In this document: positions 54,220-64,000 of the stretch, piece after piece
Layout: each line of letters begins with the position of its first letter
How positions within the stretch are numbered: the first letter of the stretch is position 1
From: Bacteroidales bacterium UBA1219
GTDB lineage: Bacteria; Bacteroidota; Bacteroidia; Bacteroidales; P3
Direction of reading: 5' to 3'
Length of the DNA: 64,000 nucleotides
Assembly: GCA_002309295.1 (NCBI GenBank)
Contig: DBXF01000013.1
Coordinates: 11,143 to 75,142, forward strand
Made by a program: the position numbers and the translations under genes
The notes under the pieces: model-generated
The model's database searches: none
The model's input: only the letters and a program-made list of their open reading frames with translations
What the model was told of the DNA's origin: nothing

Positions 54220-55077
54220 ATGAGAATCCAACGGATTGTTTTGATATTATTCTTTATATGTTTATGTGTGGCCGCACAGGCTCAGGATGTGATTGTTACA
54301 AAGGATTCCCGTCACATTCAGGCAGAAATTATCGAAGTATCTCCAAGCGTAGTAAGATATAAGGTGTACGGAAAGCCCAATGCCCCTGTTACCACTATTT
54401 CAATAAAAGAGGTCGAATCGATAACATACGAAAGCGACATAGAGCCTGAAGAAACAGAAGAAGACTTCAACTATCAAAAGAACCCCCACAAAAAAGCGAG
54501 GAGACAAGCTTATATTTCCGGCACAGCATTCCATGCCTATATCGAAAGTGAGTTCTCCTATAATTTCAGATATTCCCTATTTTCCATCGACCCGCTGAAA
54601 GTCACTCTTGGAGCGCAGATTGGAGATTACGTATTTGCCGGAGCCGGAGCCGGAGGGACAATTTTCACTAAAAACATAGCCGAGAAAGGCTACGAACTCC
54701 TAGGCACTGATTCCATGGAATATTATGACGAAATATCGCGATATAAACTATCTGCTTTCGGAGTAATACGGCTCACCAAGCCGATAAACGAAAAAGTCGT
54801 CCCATTTTTGAATATCGAAGGCGGTGTCTCCGTCTGTCGTAGGGAATGGACCGAAGAATGGTTCGCCGCACCATACTTCTCGGCAGGACTCGGCATCTCA
54901 ATCTCGCATTTCGAGATAAGCGCAGGATACGAACATTTTGCAATGCCGGTGGACAGGATGTATAAGCCGTACAGAGAGTGGACATACTTCACCGAAGACA
55001 GTCACGCAAACGGCGCCTTAAAATTCGGGAACATATTCGTCAAAATCGGGGCAAAAATCGGATACCTTAAACAATAG
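54220..55077 (+). CDS. Hypothetical outer-membrane beta-barrel-like protein
   Basis: Signal peptide and an N-terminal small beta domain. The C-terminal half has alternating hydrophobic strands. AT-richer than its neighbours. Confidence 0.5.
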   Translation: MRIQRIVLILFFICLCVAAQAQDVIVTKDSRHIQAEIIEVSPSVVRYKVYGKPNAPVTTISIKEVESITYESDIEPEETEEDFNYQKNPHKKARRQAYISGTAFHAYIESEFSYNFRYSLFSIDPLKVTLGAQIGDYVFAGAGAGGTIFTKNIAEKGYELLGTDSMEYYDEISRYKLSAFGVIRLTKPINEKVVPFLNIEGGVSVCRREWTEEWFAAPYFSAGLGISISHFEISAGYEHFAMPVDRMYKPYREWTYFTEDSHANGALKFGNIFVKIGAKIGYLKQ

Positions 55078-55221
55078 CCATCCGACATCCCCTGCCCGAA
55101 GCCCGAAAACGCACATGCAACACTCTATTTTTCAAAATCTTCGATAAAAAAAGCATTATCCATATACTTTTTTTATAAAAAACGCGTTTTAATCATTCGT
55201 AAAACTAAAAAAAATATACAC

Positions 55222-55662
55222 ATGGACTTAAGCAAAATTTTGGCAATTTCCGGAAAACCGGGTCTCTTCCAACTCGTTACGCGCACCAAAAACGGCGCCA
55301 TTGTTGAATCGCTCATCGACGGCAAACGCATGCCTGTGTTCCAAAGCGACAAAATAAGCTCCCTCAACGAGATAAGCATGTTCACCTACGAAGACGACTA
55401 TCCCCTGCGCAAGGTGTTCAGCAACATGTATGTGAAAGAAAACCACCAGCCCGTGGACGACAGCATAAAAAATTCGTCGAAAGACGCCCTGTTCGCTTAT
55501 TTTGGCGAAGTGCTGCCCAACATCGACACCGAGAGGGTGCACACCTCCGACATCAAGAAAGCCATCAGCTGGTACAACCTGCTACTTAGCAAGGACATGA
55601 TAGACGATAAAGCCGACGAGGAACCCGCCGAAGAACAAGAAAACACCGAAAACAAGGAATAA
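55222..55662 (+). CDS. DUF5606 family protein
   Basis: The N-terminus (ILAISGKPGLFQLVTRTKNGAIVESL) matches my memory of this Bacteroidota family. The C-terminal tail is acidic. Confidence 0.55.
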   Translation: MDLSKILAISGKPGLFQLVTRTKNGAIVESLIDGKRMPVFQSDKISSLNEISMFTYEDDYPLRKVFSNMYVKENHQPVDDSIKNSSKDALFAYFGEVLPNIDTERVHTSDIKKAISWYNLLLSKDMIDDKADEEPAEEQENTENKE

Positions 55663-55705
55663 CACCCTGCTCCGCAGAAAAGCGGCACCAAACAACCTCT
55701 CCGTT

Positions 55706-57058
55706 ATGAAAGCATTCAAAGCCTACGACATTCGTGGCGTTTATGGCACCGATTTCGACAAGGAAGCCGTTTACAGGATGGGCTTTTTCCTGCCACGTCT
55801 TTTCGGAGCCCACCTTATAGCCGTGGGCTGCGACGCTAGACTATCGTCGCCCGAAATATCGCAAACACTGCTGCAAGGCATCACCGACAGCGGCGCCGAC
55901 GCCGATTTCTACGACCTTTCCACCACACCCTTTATGTACTGGGTAACGGCAAGGCAAGGCTACGAGACTTCGGTGATGATAACCGCCTCGCACAACCCCA
56001 AGAACCACAACGGACTCAAAATATCCGCCAAAAACGCAGTCCCCGTAGGATACGACACCGGACTGAACAAATTGGAACATTGGGTGGAGAACGAGACACC
56101 CGTGCCCGTGGCCAACAAAGGTAAAGTCAACGACTGCAGCAACAAACTAAAAAAAGAATACCTCGAGTTCCAACGCCAATACCTCGGCGATTTGAGCGGA
56201 CTCAAAATGGTGGTGGACTGCTCCAACGGCATGGCCAACCTCTTTGTAAAACAACTCCTGCCCGACAGCGTTATCTATCTTGCCGACACCATAGACGGCA
56301 CCTTCCCCTGCCACGAGCCCAACCCGCTGGAACCCGCCAACATAGTGGCTTTGCAGCAGAAAGTGCGGGAGACACATGCCGACATCGGAGTTATCTACGA
56401 CGGCGACGCCGACCGCGTGATGTTCGTCGACGAAAATGGCAACTTCGTCTCACCCGACCTGATGATCGGACTCCTTGCCACACGATTGCTCAAAGGCAAC
56501 GCCGGCGCCAAAGTGCTGCAGGACATACGCACCTCCAAGGCCGTAGCTGAACTCATTGCCGAGCTAGGTGGCGAGCCTTGCATCTGGCGCGTGGGACGTG
56601 CCTACGCCGCTAAAAAGCTCCGCGACATCGACGGACTTTTCGGCGGAGAGCTGGCAGGGCACTACTATTTCCGAGATTTCTACTACAGCGACAGCGGCAT
56701 TATGGCATCGCTGCTGATACTCAGCATAATTGCCGAAGAGCACCGCAACGGCAAGTCGTTCTCGCAAGTGATGGCAGGCATTGCCCGCTACAAAAACTCC
56801 GGCGAGATTAACTTCACCATCGACAAAAAGGCCGAAGCCATGGAGGTGGTGAAAAACCATTTCTGCAACGCCGAGCAACCTACCCGTTTCCTCGATTTCG
56901 ACGGTTACCGCGTGGAATATCAGCACTGGTGGTTCAACATACGTCCCTCTAACACAGAGCCTTACCTGCGACTTATTCTCGAAGCCGACACCGACGAGCT
57001 TCTGGCTCAGAAGACCGACGAGATAAAGCGACTCCTCGCTCCGTTCATTTGTAAATGA
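55706..57058 (+). CDS. Phosphomannomutase/phosphoglucomutase (alpha-D-phosphohexomutase)
   Basis: Active-site Ser loop ITASHNPKNHNG and metal loop YDGDADR. Confidence 0.85.
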   Translation: MKAFKAYDIRGVYGTDFDKEAVYRMGFFLPRLFGAHLIAVGCDARLSSPEISQTLLQGITDSGADADFYDLSTTPFMYWVTARQGYETSVMITASHNPKNHNGLKISAKNAVPVGYDTGLNKLEHWVENETPVPVANKGKVNDCSNKLKKEYLEFQRQYLGDLSGLKMVVDCSNGMANLFVKQLLPDSVIYLADTIDGTFPCHEPNPLEPANIVALQQKVRETHADIGVIYDGDADRVMFVDENGNFVSPDLMIGLLATRLLKGNAGAKVLQDIRTSKAVAELIAELGGEPCIWRVGRAYAAKKLRDIDGLFGGELAGHYYFRDFYYSDSGIMASLLILSIIAEEHRNGKSFSQVMAGIARYKNSGEINFTIDKKAEAMEVVKNHFCNAEQPTRFLDFDGYRVEYQHWWFNIRPSNTEPYLRLILEADTDELLAQKTDEIKRLLAPFICK

Positions 57059-57828
57059 CATATTTGCAAATGACTGATAATGAGAAAAATATTAGACACT
57101 TCGGTTTAGTGGGCAGGAAACTGGACTACTCTTTTTCCAAAGCCTATTTCCAACAGGAATACCATAATATATATCCGTCGACGGCACATTACGAAAACTA
57201 CGAACTGCAGTCGGCGGATGAAATTTTGCCGCTTGCCAAGGAACAACAACTTGATGGACTGAATGTAACCATACCTTTCAAAGAGGAGGTGCTCCCGTTT
57301 TTGGATTTCCTTTCCGATGAAGCAATGTCTATAGGTGCCGTCAACACCTTGAAATTCAGGCATCTGAATTCAGGCATCTTTGCAGAAGGATTCAACACCG
57401 ACGCAACCGGCTTTGCGAAAAGCGTAAAACCCTATCTGTCGGAACATAGCAACGCCCTTGTGCTCGGCACCGGCGGAGCAGCTAAAGCGGTGGCTTACGT
57501 CCTGTTAAAGCACGGGGTGTCGGTTACTTATGTCAGTCGTGACAAAAAAGGTGACGACATTATCAACTACGAAGACCTCGACGAGCATATTGTGGAGCTC
57601 AACACACTGATTGTCAACGCCACACCCCTCGGCACCCTTGGCTTTGGCGGCGAAGTGGAGATACCTTACAACGGCATCACCCCCGACCATTTCTGCTTCG
57701 ACTTGGTTTACAATCCGTTGGAAACATATTTTATTAAAGAAAGTGCCAAGCGCGGCGCCAGAGTGAAAAACGGCTTGGAGATGCTACACCGACAGGCTGA
57801 AGAAAGTTGGAGAATTTGGAACAGTTGA
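57055..57828 (+). CDS. aroE: Shikimate dehydrogenase
   Basis: GLNVTIPFK, GAVNT and the NADP loop VLGTGGAAKAV. Has an ATGA overlap with the upstream gene. Confidence 0.85.
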   Translation: MTYLQMTDNEKNIRHFGLVGRKLDYSFSKAYFQQEYHNIYPSTAHYENYELQSADEILPLAKEQQLDGLNVTIPFKEEVLPFLDFLSDEAMSIGAVNTLKFRHLNSGIFAEGFNTDATGFAKSVKPYLSEHSNALVLGTGGAAKAVAYVLLKHGVSVTYVSRDKKGDDIINYEDLDEHIVELNTLIVNATPLGTLGFGGEVEIPYNGITPDHFCFDLVYNPLETYFIKESAKRGARVKNGLEMLHRQAEESWRIWNS

Positions 57829-57847
57829 ACATAACACATAGAAAACC

Positions 57848-58942
57848 ATGAAAATACTTGAAGTAATTCAATATCTCAACCAGCTTATTCCTCCAGGATA
57901 TCAGGAGAGTTACGACAACTGCGGGCTGCAGGTGGGCGACACCACGGACGATGTTACTGGAGTGCTCATAGCCCTCGACCTCACCGAGGCCGTGGTCGAC
58001 GAAGCTGTGGCGACACACAGCAATCTCATAGTCACCCATCACCCGTTTATTTTTACAGGCATTAAGCGCATCGATGCCGACTCCCCTTCCGGAAAAATCA
58101 TTTACAAACTTGTACGCAACGGCATTGCTGTGTATTCGGCACACACCAGTCTTGACAAAATGAAAACCGGCGTGAGTGCGCTGCTGGCCGAGCGTTTGGG
58201 TCTAGCCAACCAACGGATTCTGGCTCCCGAACCCAACTCGTTGAAACAGTTGGTGGTGTATTGTCCCAACGAGCAGTCGCAGCAACTGAAGGACGCCCTT
58301 TACACCGCCGGAGCGGGAAACATAGGCAACTACCGTCATTGCTCGTACTCCGTGGACGGCACCGGCAACTTCGAGCCTTTGCAGGGAGCCAATCCTTTTA
58401 TTGGAACGGTAGGTCAGGACACCGCCACCGCCGAGGAACGCATCGAAATGATTTATCCGCAAGTGTTCGAAAGCAAGATAGTGTCGGCTCTGCGTGCCAA
58501 CCACCCCTACGAAGAGCCCGCCTTCGCTCTTATCCCTCTTGGCAACGGCAATTCCGAGATAGGTCTGGGCATTATAGGGACTTTGCCACAAGAAACAGAT
58601 ATCAAAGAATTACTGCAGAAGGTAAAAGAAACCGTCGGAATTCCCATAGTGCGTCATTCGGAACTTTGTCGCAAGACTGTGCGAACCGTGGCACTTTGCG
58701 GCGGTGCAGGAGCCGAATTTATCGGGGCTGCGGTAGCGCAGAAGGCCGACATTTACATCACCGCCGACCTCAAATACCACGATTTCCAACGGGCTGCGGG
58801 ACGGATCGTCGTTGCCGACATAGGGCATTACGAGAGCGAACAATTCGCAAAAGATTATTTTTATGACAAAATATCGAAAAAATTTCGTATATTTGCCGTC
58901 CGTATTGCCGAAACGGAAACCAACTATGTTGGGTATATGTAA
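57848..58942 (+). CDS. Nif3-like dinuclear metal centre protein (GTP cyclohydrolase 1 type 2 homologue)
   Basis: 364 aa with NIF3 motifs (LIVTHHP, AVYSAHT.LD, GHYESE) and the PII-like insert. Confidence 0.8.
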   Translation: MKILEVIQYLNQLIPPGYQESYDNCGLQVGDTTDDVTGVLIALDLTEAVVDEAVATHSNLIVTHHPFIFTGIKRIDADSPSGKIIYKLVRNGIAVYSAHTSLDKMKTGVSALLAERLGLANQRILAPEPNSLKQLVVYCPNEQSQQLKDALYTAGAGNIGNYRHCSYSVDGTGNFEPLQGANPFIGTVGQDTATAEERIEMIYPQVFESKIVSALRANHPYEEPAFALIPLGNGNSEIGLGIIGTLPQETDIKELLQKVKETVGIPIVRHSELCRKTVRTVALCGGAGAEFIGAAVAQKADIYITADLKYHDFQRAAGRIVVADIGHYESEQFAKDYFYDKISKKFRIFAVRIAETETNYVGYM

Positions 58943-58967
58943 TTGAAAATTAAAAATATATCGATAT

Positions 58968-59798
58968 ATGGCAAAAAGAACAAAAACCGAAAAAGCACAG
59001 GCCGAAACGACCGTAGTTGACGAATTTGTAAAACAGCAGGATGTTGATATCGTTGTAGAAAAAAGGTTGCTGGCTTTATACACTCTGCAAAGCATTGACA
59101 CGCAGATTGATAAAATCCGCATCACCAGAGGTGAACTGCCTCTCGAAGTTCAGGACCTCGAAGACGAAATTGTAGGATTGGACACACGTATCAACAACTT
59201 AAAATCGGACATCAGCACAAGCGAAAACGCTATCAACGAACACAAGGCAGCTATCGACATTCACAAGGCAGCCATCGAAAAATACACCAAACAACAGGAC
59301 AATGTCCGCAACAACCGTGAGTTCGAATCGCTGAATAAAGAAATTGAATATCAAGGACTTGAAATACAACTCTGCGAACGCAAGATAAAAGAACTGAAAG
59401 CTGCCATCAAGGAAAAACACCAGCATGTGGAAATAGCCAAAAACCTTTTGGAAACCCGCAAAGGCGACCTTCAACTGAAGAAACAGGAACTCGAAGAAAT
59501 CACCAGCGAGGCAGAACGCGAAGAGAAAGTGCTCATCCAGAAATCGCAGGAGCAGGAAAAACTCATCGACGAACGCTACCTGACCGCCTACAAACGCATA
59601 CGCAACGCTGCCCGCAACGGTCTTGCAGTGGTATCCGTTGAACGCGAAGCCTGCGGCGGATGCTTCAGCCAGATTCCTTTCCAACGCCAGATGGAGATTA
59701 AGATGCACCGCAAAATAATCGTTTGCGAACACTGCGGACGCATTTTGGTTGACACAAACATTGTGGACCGCTCCAAGGCTCTTCTGGAAGAAAAATAA
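58968..59798 (+). CDS. Coiled-coil protein with C4 zinc ribbon (COG1579-like)
   Basis: A long coiled coil followed by CGGC...CEHCGRIL. It follows nif3, a commonly conserved gene pair. Confidence 0.7.
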   Translation: MAKRTKTEKAQAETTVVDEFVKQQDVDIVVEKRLLALYTLQSIDTQIDKIRITRGELPLEVQDLEDEIVGLDTRINNLKSDISTSENAINEHKAAIDIHKAAIEKYTKQQDNVRNNREFESLNKEIEYQGLEIQLCERKIKELKAAIKEKHQHVEIAKNLLETRKGDLQLKKQELEEITSEAEREEKVLIQKSQEQEKLIDERYLTAYKRIRNAARNGLAVVSVEREACGGCFSQIPFQRQMEIKMHRKIIVCEHCGRILVDTNIVDRSKALLEEK

Positions 59799-59821
59799 AA
59801 TTCTGAAATCATAAACAAAAC

Positions 59822-59858
59822 AACGGCAGGTGCTTCTACTTGCCGTTGCTCGGTTTTA
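59822..59858 (+). terminator. Candidate terminator after the zinc-ribbon gene
   Basis: 10-bp stem AACGGCAGGT / ACTTGCCGTT (one G-U pair) followed by a weak T-tract. Confidence 0.4.
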
Positions 59859-59864
59859 AAGGCT

Positions 59865-60356
59865 ATGACGACCATCGCAAGAAAATATGTTGCCGCTTTG
59901 TTGATGTGCATTGCCGTTTTTATTTCGGCGACTGCGCAAAAAGACAAATCGTCGTTCCAGATGCACGGGAACACCTTCCCATACATCACCATTGAGCAGC
60001 TAATACGTTACTGCGACATGGATTCCGCATCTTTCGACAGCGTTATGCGCAGCATGGACTTCGTTTTGGAGGAGAACATCTACACCAAAGGCACTTTGGA
60101 CAAATCAAAGATGGTTTTCGGAAAATCGACGAATTTCGGCACCAGCATAGTATGGATAAGCAACGACACCAGTGTGAGCATAATAGAACGGATGCTCGAG
60201 AAATTCACACATCCGAGCAACATTTCCCTCTCCGACGGTTTCAGTTTTATGTACAAAAAATACGTCATCAGCGTAAAATCGACACAAGCAACACCTAAAT
60301 ACGAGGAGATAAATATCATAGACAAAGTAAATTACAACAAAAATCAAGACAACTAA
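59865..60356 (+). CDS. Hypothetical secreted protein (163 aa)
   Basis: Signal peptide (LLMCIAVFISATAQ) and no recognisable domain. Confidence 0.5.
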   Translation: MTTIARKYVAALLMCIAVFISATAQKDKSSFQMHGNTFPYITIEQLIRYCDMDSASFDSVMRSMDFVLEENIYTKGTLDKSKMVFGKSTNFGTSIVWISNDTSVSIIERMLEKFTHPSNISLSDGFSFMYKKYVISVKSTQATPKYEEINIIDKVNYNKNQDN

Positions 60357-60368
60357 AACACAACAACC

Positions 60369-61853
60369 ATGATACACAAAATCAGTTCCGAACGACTTAC
60401 TTTACAGCGAGTTAAAGAAATTATCGACAACGGCATGAAACTCGAGCTTTCGCAAGATGCCATAGACAGAATCGAGAAATGCCGCAACTATCTGGACCGC
60501 AAGATGGAAAACCAGAAAGAGCCTATCTACGGTGTAACTACCGGTTTCGGTTCGCTGTGCAATATCTCGGTAAGCCGCGAAGAGTTGTCGCAACTGCAGA
60601 AAAACCTCGTGATGTCGCACGCTTGCGGCGTGGGCGAGGAGGTGCCCCAGAACATCGTAAAACTGATGCTTCTGATGAAAATCCAGTCCCTTTCATACGG
60701 ACATTCGGGAGTGCAGTTGCAGACCGTTCAACGTTTGGTTGATTTCTTCAACAACGATGTATATCCTGTTGTGTATCAACAAGGTTCACTCGGAGCCAGC
60801 GGCGATTTGGCTCCTTTGGCACACATGTGTCTGCCAATTCTTGGCTTAGGCGAAGTTTATTATCAAGGCAAACGCATGCCCGCCGCCGAGGTCAACGCAA
60901 AATTCGGCTGGCAGCCCATCGAACTGCAGTCGAAAGAGGGTTTGGCACTGCTCAACGGCACCCAGTTTATGAGCTCCTTCGGCACTTGGTGCATTCTCAA
61001 GGCACAGCACCTTGCACAGATGGCCGACAAAGTGGCCGCCGTTTCGCTCGACGCCTTCGACGGACGCATTGAGCCTTTCTGCGACGAGGTACATCTGGTA
61101 CGTCCCCACAACGGACAGCTGGCTACTGCTCGCAACATGCGTAAATATCTGGAAGGCAGTGAAATAATCAAACGTCACAAAGAGCACGTGCAAGACCCGT
61201 ACTCGTTCCGCTGCATACCGCAGGTGCATGGCGCCACCAAGGACAGCCTCGCCTACGTGGCATCGGTGATTGAGACCGAGATAAACAGCGCCACCGACAA
61301 TCCCACCGTCTTCCCCGACGAGGATATGGTGGTTTCGGCAGGCAATTTCCACGGACAGCCCCTTGCTTTGGTGCTCGATTTCATGGCCATAGCCACCGCC
61401 GAGCTGGGCAACATCTCCGAACGCCGCACCTACCAGTTGATTTCCGGCAAACGCGGCCTGCCTCATTTCTTGGTTGCCAACCCCGGCCTCAATAGCGGTT
61501 TTATGATTCCGCAATATACTGCCGCATCGATAGTTAGCCAGACCAAACAGCTCTGTACCCCCGCCTCGGTGGATTCCATCGAATCTTCACAGGGACAGGA
61601 GGACCACGTGAGCATGGGCGCCAACGCCGCCACCAAGTGCTACAAGGTGATGCAGAACGTGGAACGCGTGCTGGCAATAGAGATGTTCAACGCCGCACAG
61701 GCGCTGGAGTTCCGTCGTCCGCTGAAATCGTCGCCCTTTGTGGAAGGCATGATGGCAAAATACCGCAAATGCGTGAATTTTGTGAACAACGACGAGATAA
61801 TGTACACCCACATCCACAACTCGGTGAAATTTATCGCTGAATACGCCGACTAA
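60369..61853 (+). CDS. hutH: Histidine ammonia-lyase
   Basis: MIO-forming GSLGASGDLAPLAH. Carries the HAL-type Ser-His selectivity pair in LVMSHACGVG. Confidence 0.85.
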   Translation: MIHKISSERLTLQRVKEIIDNGMKLELSQDAIDRIEKCRNYLDRKMENQKEPIYGVTTGFGSLCNISVSREELSQLQKNLVMSHACGVGEEVPQNIVKLMLLMKIQSLSYGHSGVQLQTVQRLVDFFNNDVYPVVYQQGSLGASGDLAPLAHMCLPILGLGEVYYQGKRMPAAEVNAKFGWQPIELQSKEGLALLNGTQFMSSFGTWCILKAQHLAQMADKVAAVSLDAFDGRIEPFCDEVHLVRPHNGQLATARNMRKYLEGSEIIKRHKEHVQDPYSFRCIPQVHGATKDSLAYVASVIETEINSATDNPTVFPDEDMVVSAGNFHGQPLALVLDFMAIATAELGNISERRTYQLISGKRGLPHFLVANPGLNSGFMIPQYTAASIVSQTKQLCTPASVDSIESSQGQEDHVSMGANAATKCYKVMQNVERVLAIEMFNAAQALEFRRPLKSSPFVEGMMAKYRKCVNFVNNDEIMYTHIHNSVKFIAEYAD

Positions 61854-61856
61854 CAG

Positions 61857-62480
61857 ATGGAAGCCCTGCCTTCGAAACTGCTCGAACGGACAGTAGAAGA
61901 GTTCTCGAAACTGCCGGGAGTGGGCAAACAAACGGCGTTGCGTTTTGCCCTGCACCTGCTTAGGCAGAACAAATCCGACGTGGCGCTATTCACCTCCACC
62001 ATCGACCAGATGATGGCCGACATAAAGCTCTGCAAACACTGCCACTGCATTTCCGACAGCGACGTGTGCGAAATCTGCTCCAACCCCAAACGGCAGAAAG
62101 ACGTGGTGTGCGTGGTGGAGAACATCCAAGGCTTGATGGCGATAGAGCACACGGCGCAGTTTACCGGCGTTTATCACGTTCTCGGCGGGGTGATTTCCCC
62201 CATAGACGGCATCGGCATCAACGATTTGACAATAACCCAGCTGTTGGAACGTGTTGAAAAAGAAGGCGTTAAGGAAGTAATTCTGGCTTTGCCAACCACT
62301 ATGGAGGGCGATACCACTAACTTTTACATCCACAGACAGTTGCAACGTTTCCCCGTGCAGGTTTCAACCATAGCGAGGGGCGTGGCAATAGGCGATAACC
62401 TCGAGTACGCCGACGAGATCACCCTCGGTCGTTCCATTGTGAACAGGGTGCCGTTCGACAGTGTTTATAAAAATAATTAA
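61857..62480 (+). CDS. recR: Recombination protein RecR
   Basis: HhH N-terminus ([13 protein letters not shown]), C4 zinc finger (CKHCHC...CEIC) and a Toprim domain. Confidence 0.9.
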   Translation: MEALPSKLLERTVEEFSKLPGVGKQTALRFALHLLRQNKSDVALFTSTIDQMMADIKLCKHCHCISDSDVCEICSNPKRQKDVVCVVENIQGLMAIEHTAQFTGVYHVLGGVISPIDGIGINDLTITQLLERVEKEGVKEVILALPTTMEGDTTNFYIHRQLQRFPVQVSTIARGVAIGDNLEYADEITLGRSIVNRVPFDSVYKNN

Positions 62481-62491
62481 TCTAAGATAAA

Positions 62492-63253
62492 ATGCAGAAA
62501 TACAGCGAGACATTGGAAATGCTCAAAAACCACCGTTCGGTGAGGAAATACAAAGACCAACCCATAGAACAGGAGTTGCTCGACCAGATACTCGAAGCCG
62601 GAATGCGTGGCTCGAACACAGGCAACATGCAGATTTACAGCGTTGTAGTAACCCGCAACGCCCAACGGAAGAAAGAACTCGCACAGTTTCATTTCAACCA
62701 GCCGATGGTGGCAAACGCCGCCGCGGTAATCACCGTGTGTCTCGACATCAACCGCTGGGACAAATGGTGCCTGCAACGCAACGCCGACCCCGCCTACGAC
62801 AACCTGCTGTGGCTCCTGACCGGCTCGGTGGACGCCACCATAGTGTCGCAAAACATCTGCGTGGCCGCTGAGGCTCAGGGACTTGGTATCTGCTACCTCG
62901 GCACGGTGCTCTACAACGCCCCCGAAATTGCCGAATTCCTGAAACTGCCCCGTGGCGTTGTGCCAATCACCACAATAACAATGGGTTATCCCGACGAGAC
63001 ACCTGCCGAATCAGACCGTCTGCCGCTCGATAGCGTGGTGCATTACGAGGAATATCGCGACTACAGTCCCGCCGACATCGACAAAGCCTTTGCCGAAAAG
63101 GAAAACCTGCAGCTCACCAAGGATTTGATAAAAGAGAACGGCACCGAAAACCTTGCACAGATTTTCACTCAGAAACGCTATACCAAAGCTGACAACATCG
63201 CCATTTCGAAAAAACTTTATAAATATCTGAAAGACAGCGGATTTTTGAAATAG
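62492..63253 (+). CDS. Nitroreductase family NAD(P)H oxidoreductase
   Basis: The N-terminus HRSVRKYKDQPI and the body are typical of the NfsA/Frp-like nitroreductase fold. Confidence 0.75.
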   Translation: MQKYSETLEMLKNHRSVRKYKDQPIEQELLDQILEAGMRGSNTGNMQIYSVVVTRNAQRKKELAQFHFNQPMVANAAAVITVCLDINRWDKWCLQRNADPAYDNLLWLLTGSVDATIVSQNICVAAEAQGLGICYLGTVLYNAPEIAEFLKLPRGVVPITTITMGYPDETPAESDRLPLDSVVHYEEYRDYSPADIDKAFAEKENLQLTKDLIKENGTENLAQIFTQKRYTKADNIAISKKLYKYLKDSGFLK

Positions 63254-63333
63254 CAATTCTCTTTGCAGCTTTATTCACATCCGGCTGGGGAAAAAACGAA
63301 ACGGAAGCAGTCGGAAATATCGGTTTTTTGCAA

Positions 63334-63341
63334 TAACTTTG
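63334..63341 (+). promoter_or_regulatory. -7 promoter box TAACTTTG only 7 nt upstream of the ftsB-like ATG
   Basis: TAnnTTTG followed by CA. The spacing implies a very short or absent leader. Confidence 0.45.
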
Positions 63342-63348
63342 CAAAATT

Positions 63349-63657
63349 ATGACCGAGAACAAAAACCTAAAAAAAACGTTTAAAATACTGAGTAACAAAT
63401 ATGTTATTTGTACTCTTGTTTTCATTTTGTTTTTTATCATCATCGACAACAACGGTTTCATGACCTACTACAGGCTGCGAAACCAAAACAAAATATTGAC
63501 CGAACAAAAGGAAAAACTCGAAGAAGACATCCTCATCGACAGCGTGAACTACGAAAAAATGACTCACGACCCCGCCGAGATAGAACGTTTCGGACGCGAA
63601 AACTATTTTATGAAACGGGACAACGAAGAAATTTTCATTGTAAAACGAGACAAATAG
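63349..63657 (+). CDS. Septum formation initiator (FtsB/DivIC-like) protein
   Basis: 102 aa with a single TM followed by a short coiled coil (LRNQNKILTEQKEKLEEDI). Confidence 0.65.
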   Translation: MTENKNLKKTFKILSNKYVICTLVFILFFIIIDNNGFMTYYRLRNQNKILTEQKEKLEEDILIDSVNYEKMTHDPAEIERFGRENYFMKRDNEEIFIVKRDK

Positions 63658-63664
63658 CAAAAGC

Positions 63665-64000
63665 ATGAAAAAAGTTTTCAAAACATTTATATACTTAACG
63701 TTGTCGGGGACGCTCTTTTTTTCGTGCGGGACACTGAAAACCATGTTCACCGCCGACTCGGACTACGACGATTTTTCGTTTGAAGAAAATTTTGACGGAC
63801 AGAAGACCTACCGGAGAGTACCTTCGAAAAAGAAAGACCGCAACGTTGTCACCAGTACGGGAAAAAGTGGCAAGATGCCCATCACCTTCACCGACAAGGA
63901 CAACGCCAAGCTGTACAAAGTGATAGAAAAATGGTATGGAACCCCCTATAAATACGGCGGTTGCTCGACCTCGGGCATCGACTGTTCCTGCTTTGTAAAA
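63665..64000 (+). CDS. NlpC/P60 (C40) family lipoprotein, 3' end outside window
   Basis: My own translation. It has a lipobox (FFSCG) and runs into the catalytic-Cys motif YGTPYKYGGCSTSGIDCSCFV at the window edge. Confidence 0.7.
   Translation, partial: MKKVFKTFIYLTLSGTLFFSCGTLKTMFTADSDYDDFSFEENFDGQKTYRRVPSKKKDRNVVTSTGKSGKMPITFTDKDNAKLYKVIEKWYGTPYKYGGCSTSGIDCSCFVK

Noticed and set aside
60369-61853. hutH as the missing aromatic ammonia-lyase (TAL) feeding the aryl-polyene-like operon
   Set aside because: It carries the Ser-His selectivity pair (MSHACG) typical of histidine ammonia-lyases, not the His-Leu of TALs. It is 34 kb from the operon, on the other strand, and embedded among housekeeping genes. 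It is an orphan, with no hutU or hutI in the window, but that alone is weak.

Overview
This 64-kb chromosomal window reads as a Bacteroidales (phylum Bacteroidota) genome. The evidence is porU-porV, T9SS type-A and type-B C-terminal sorting domains, Bacteroidota-typical DUF families, and more than 10 intergenic regions carrying the Bacteroidota sigma-A -7 box TAnnTTTG. There are about 55 protein genes, mostly housekeeping: pheS, folB, serS, hemW, ligA, cstA, leuS, tig, exbB-exbD-tonB, truA, aroE, hutH, recR. I recognised no rRNA, tRNA, CRISPR array, integrase or transposase. Four things stand out. (1) leuS is about 107 codons longer than I expect, because of an in-frame insert that looks like a DUF559/Vsr-type PD-(D/E)xK nuclease fold. 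(2) A compact aryl-polyene/flexirubin-like type II PKS plus lipid-export operon (16.9-26.6 kb) carries KS-CLF and MMPL-acyltransferase-(truncated methyltransferase) fusions. (3) A short repeat family (cores GGAGAGCGRAGTTCGGAAC and AATGCGGAG..TTCGGAA) and dense short tandem repeats sit exactly at the junctions of that operon and of an adjacent AT-rich three-gene membrane islet. (4) AT-rich orphan secreted-protein genes are inserted just upstream of cstA and tig, each with a diverged or duplicated copy of the host 5' end or promoter. All functional names come from motif recognition by eye. No database search or computation was possible, so family names and expected lengths need confirmation.
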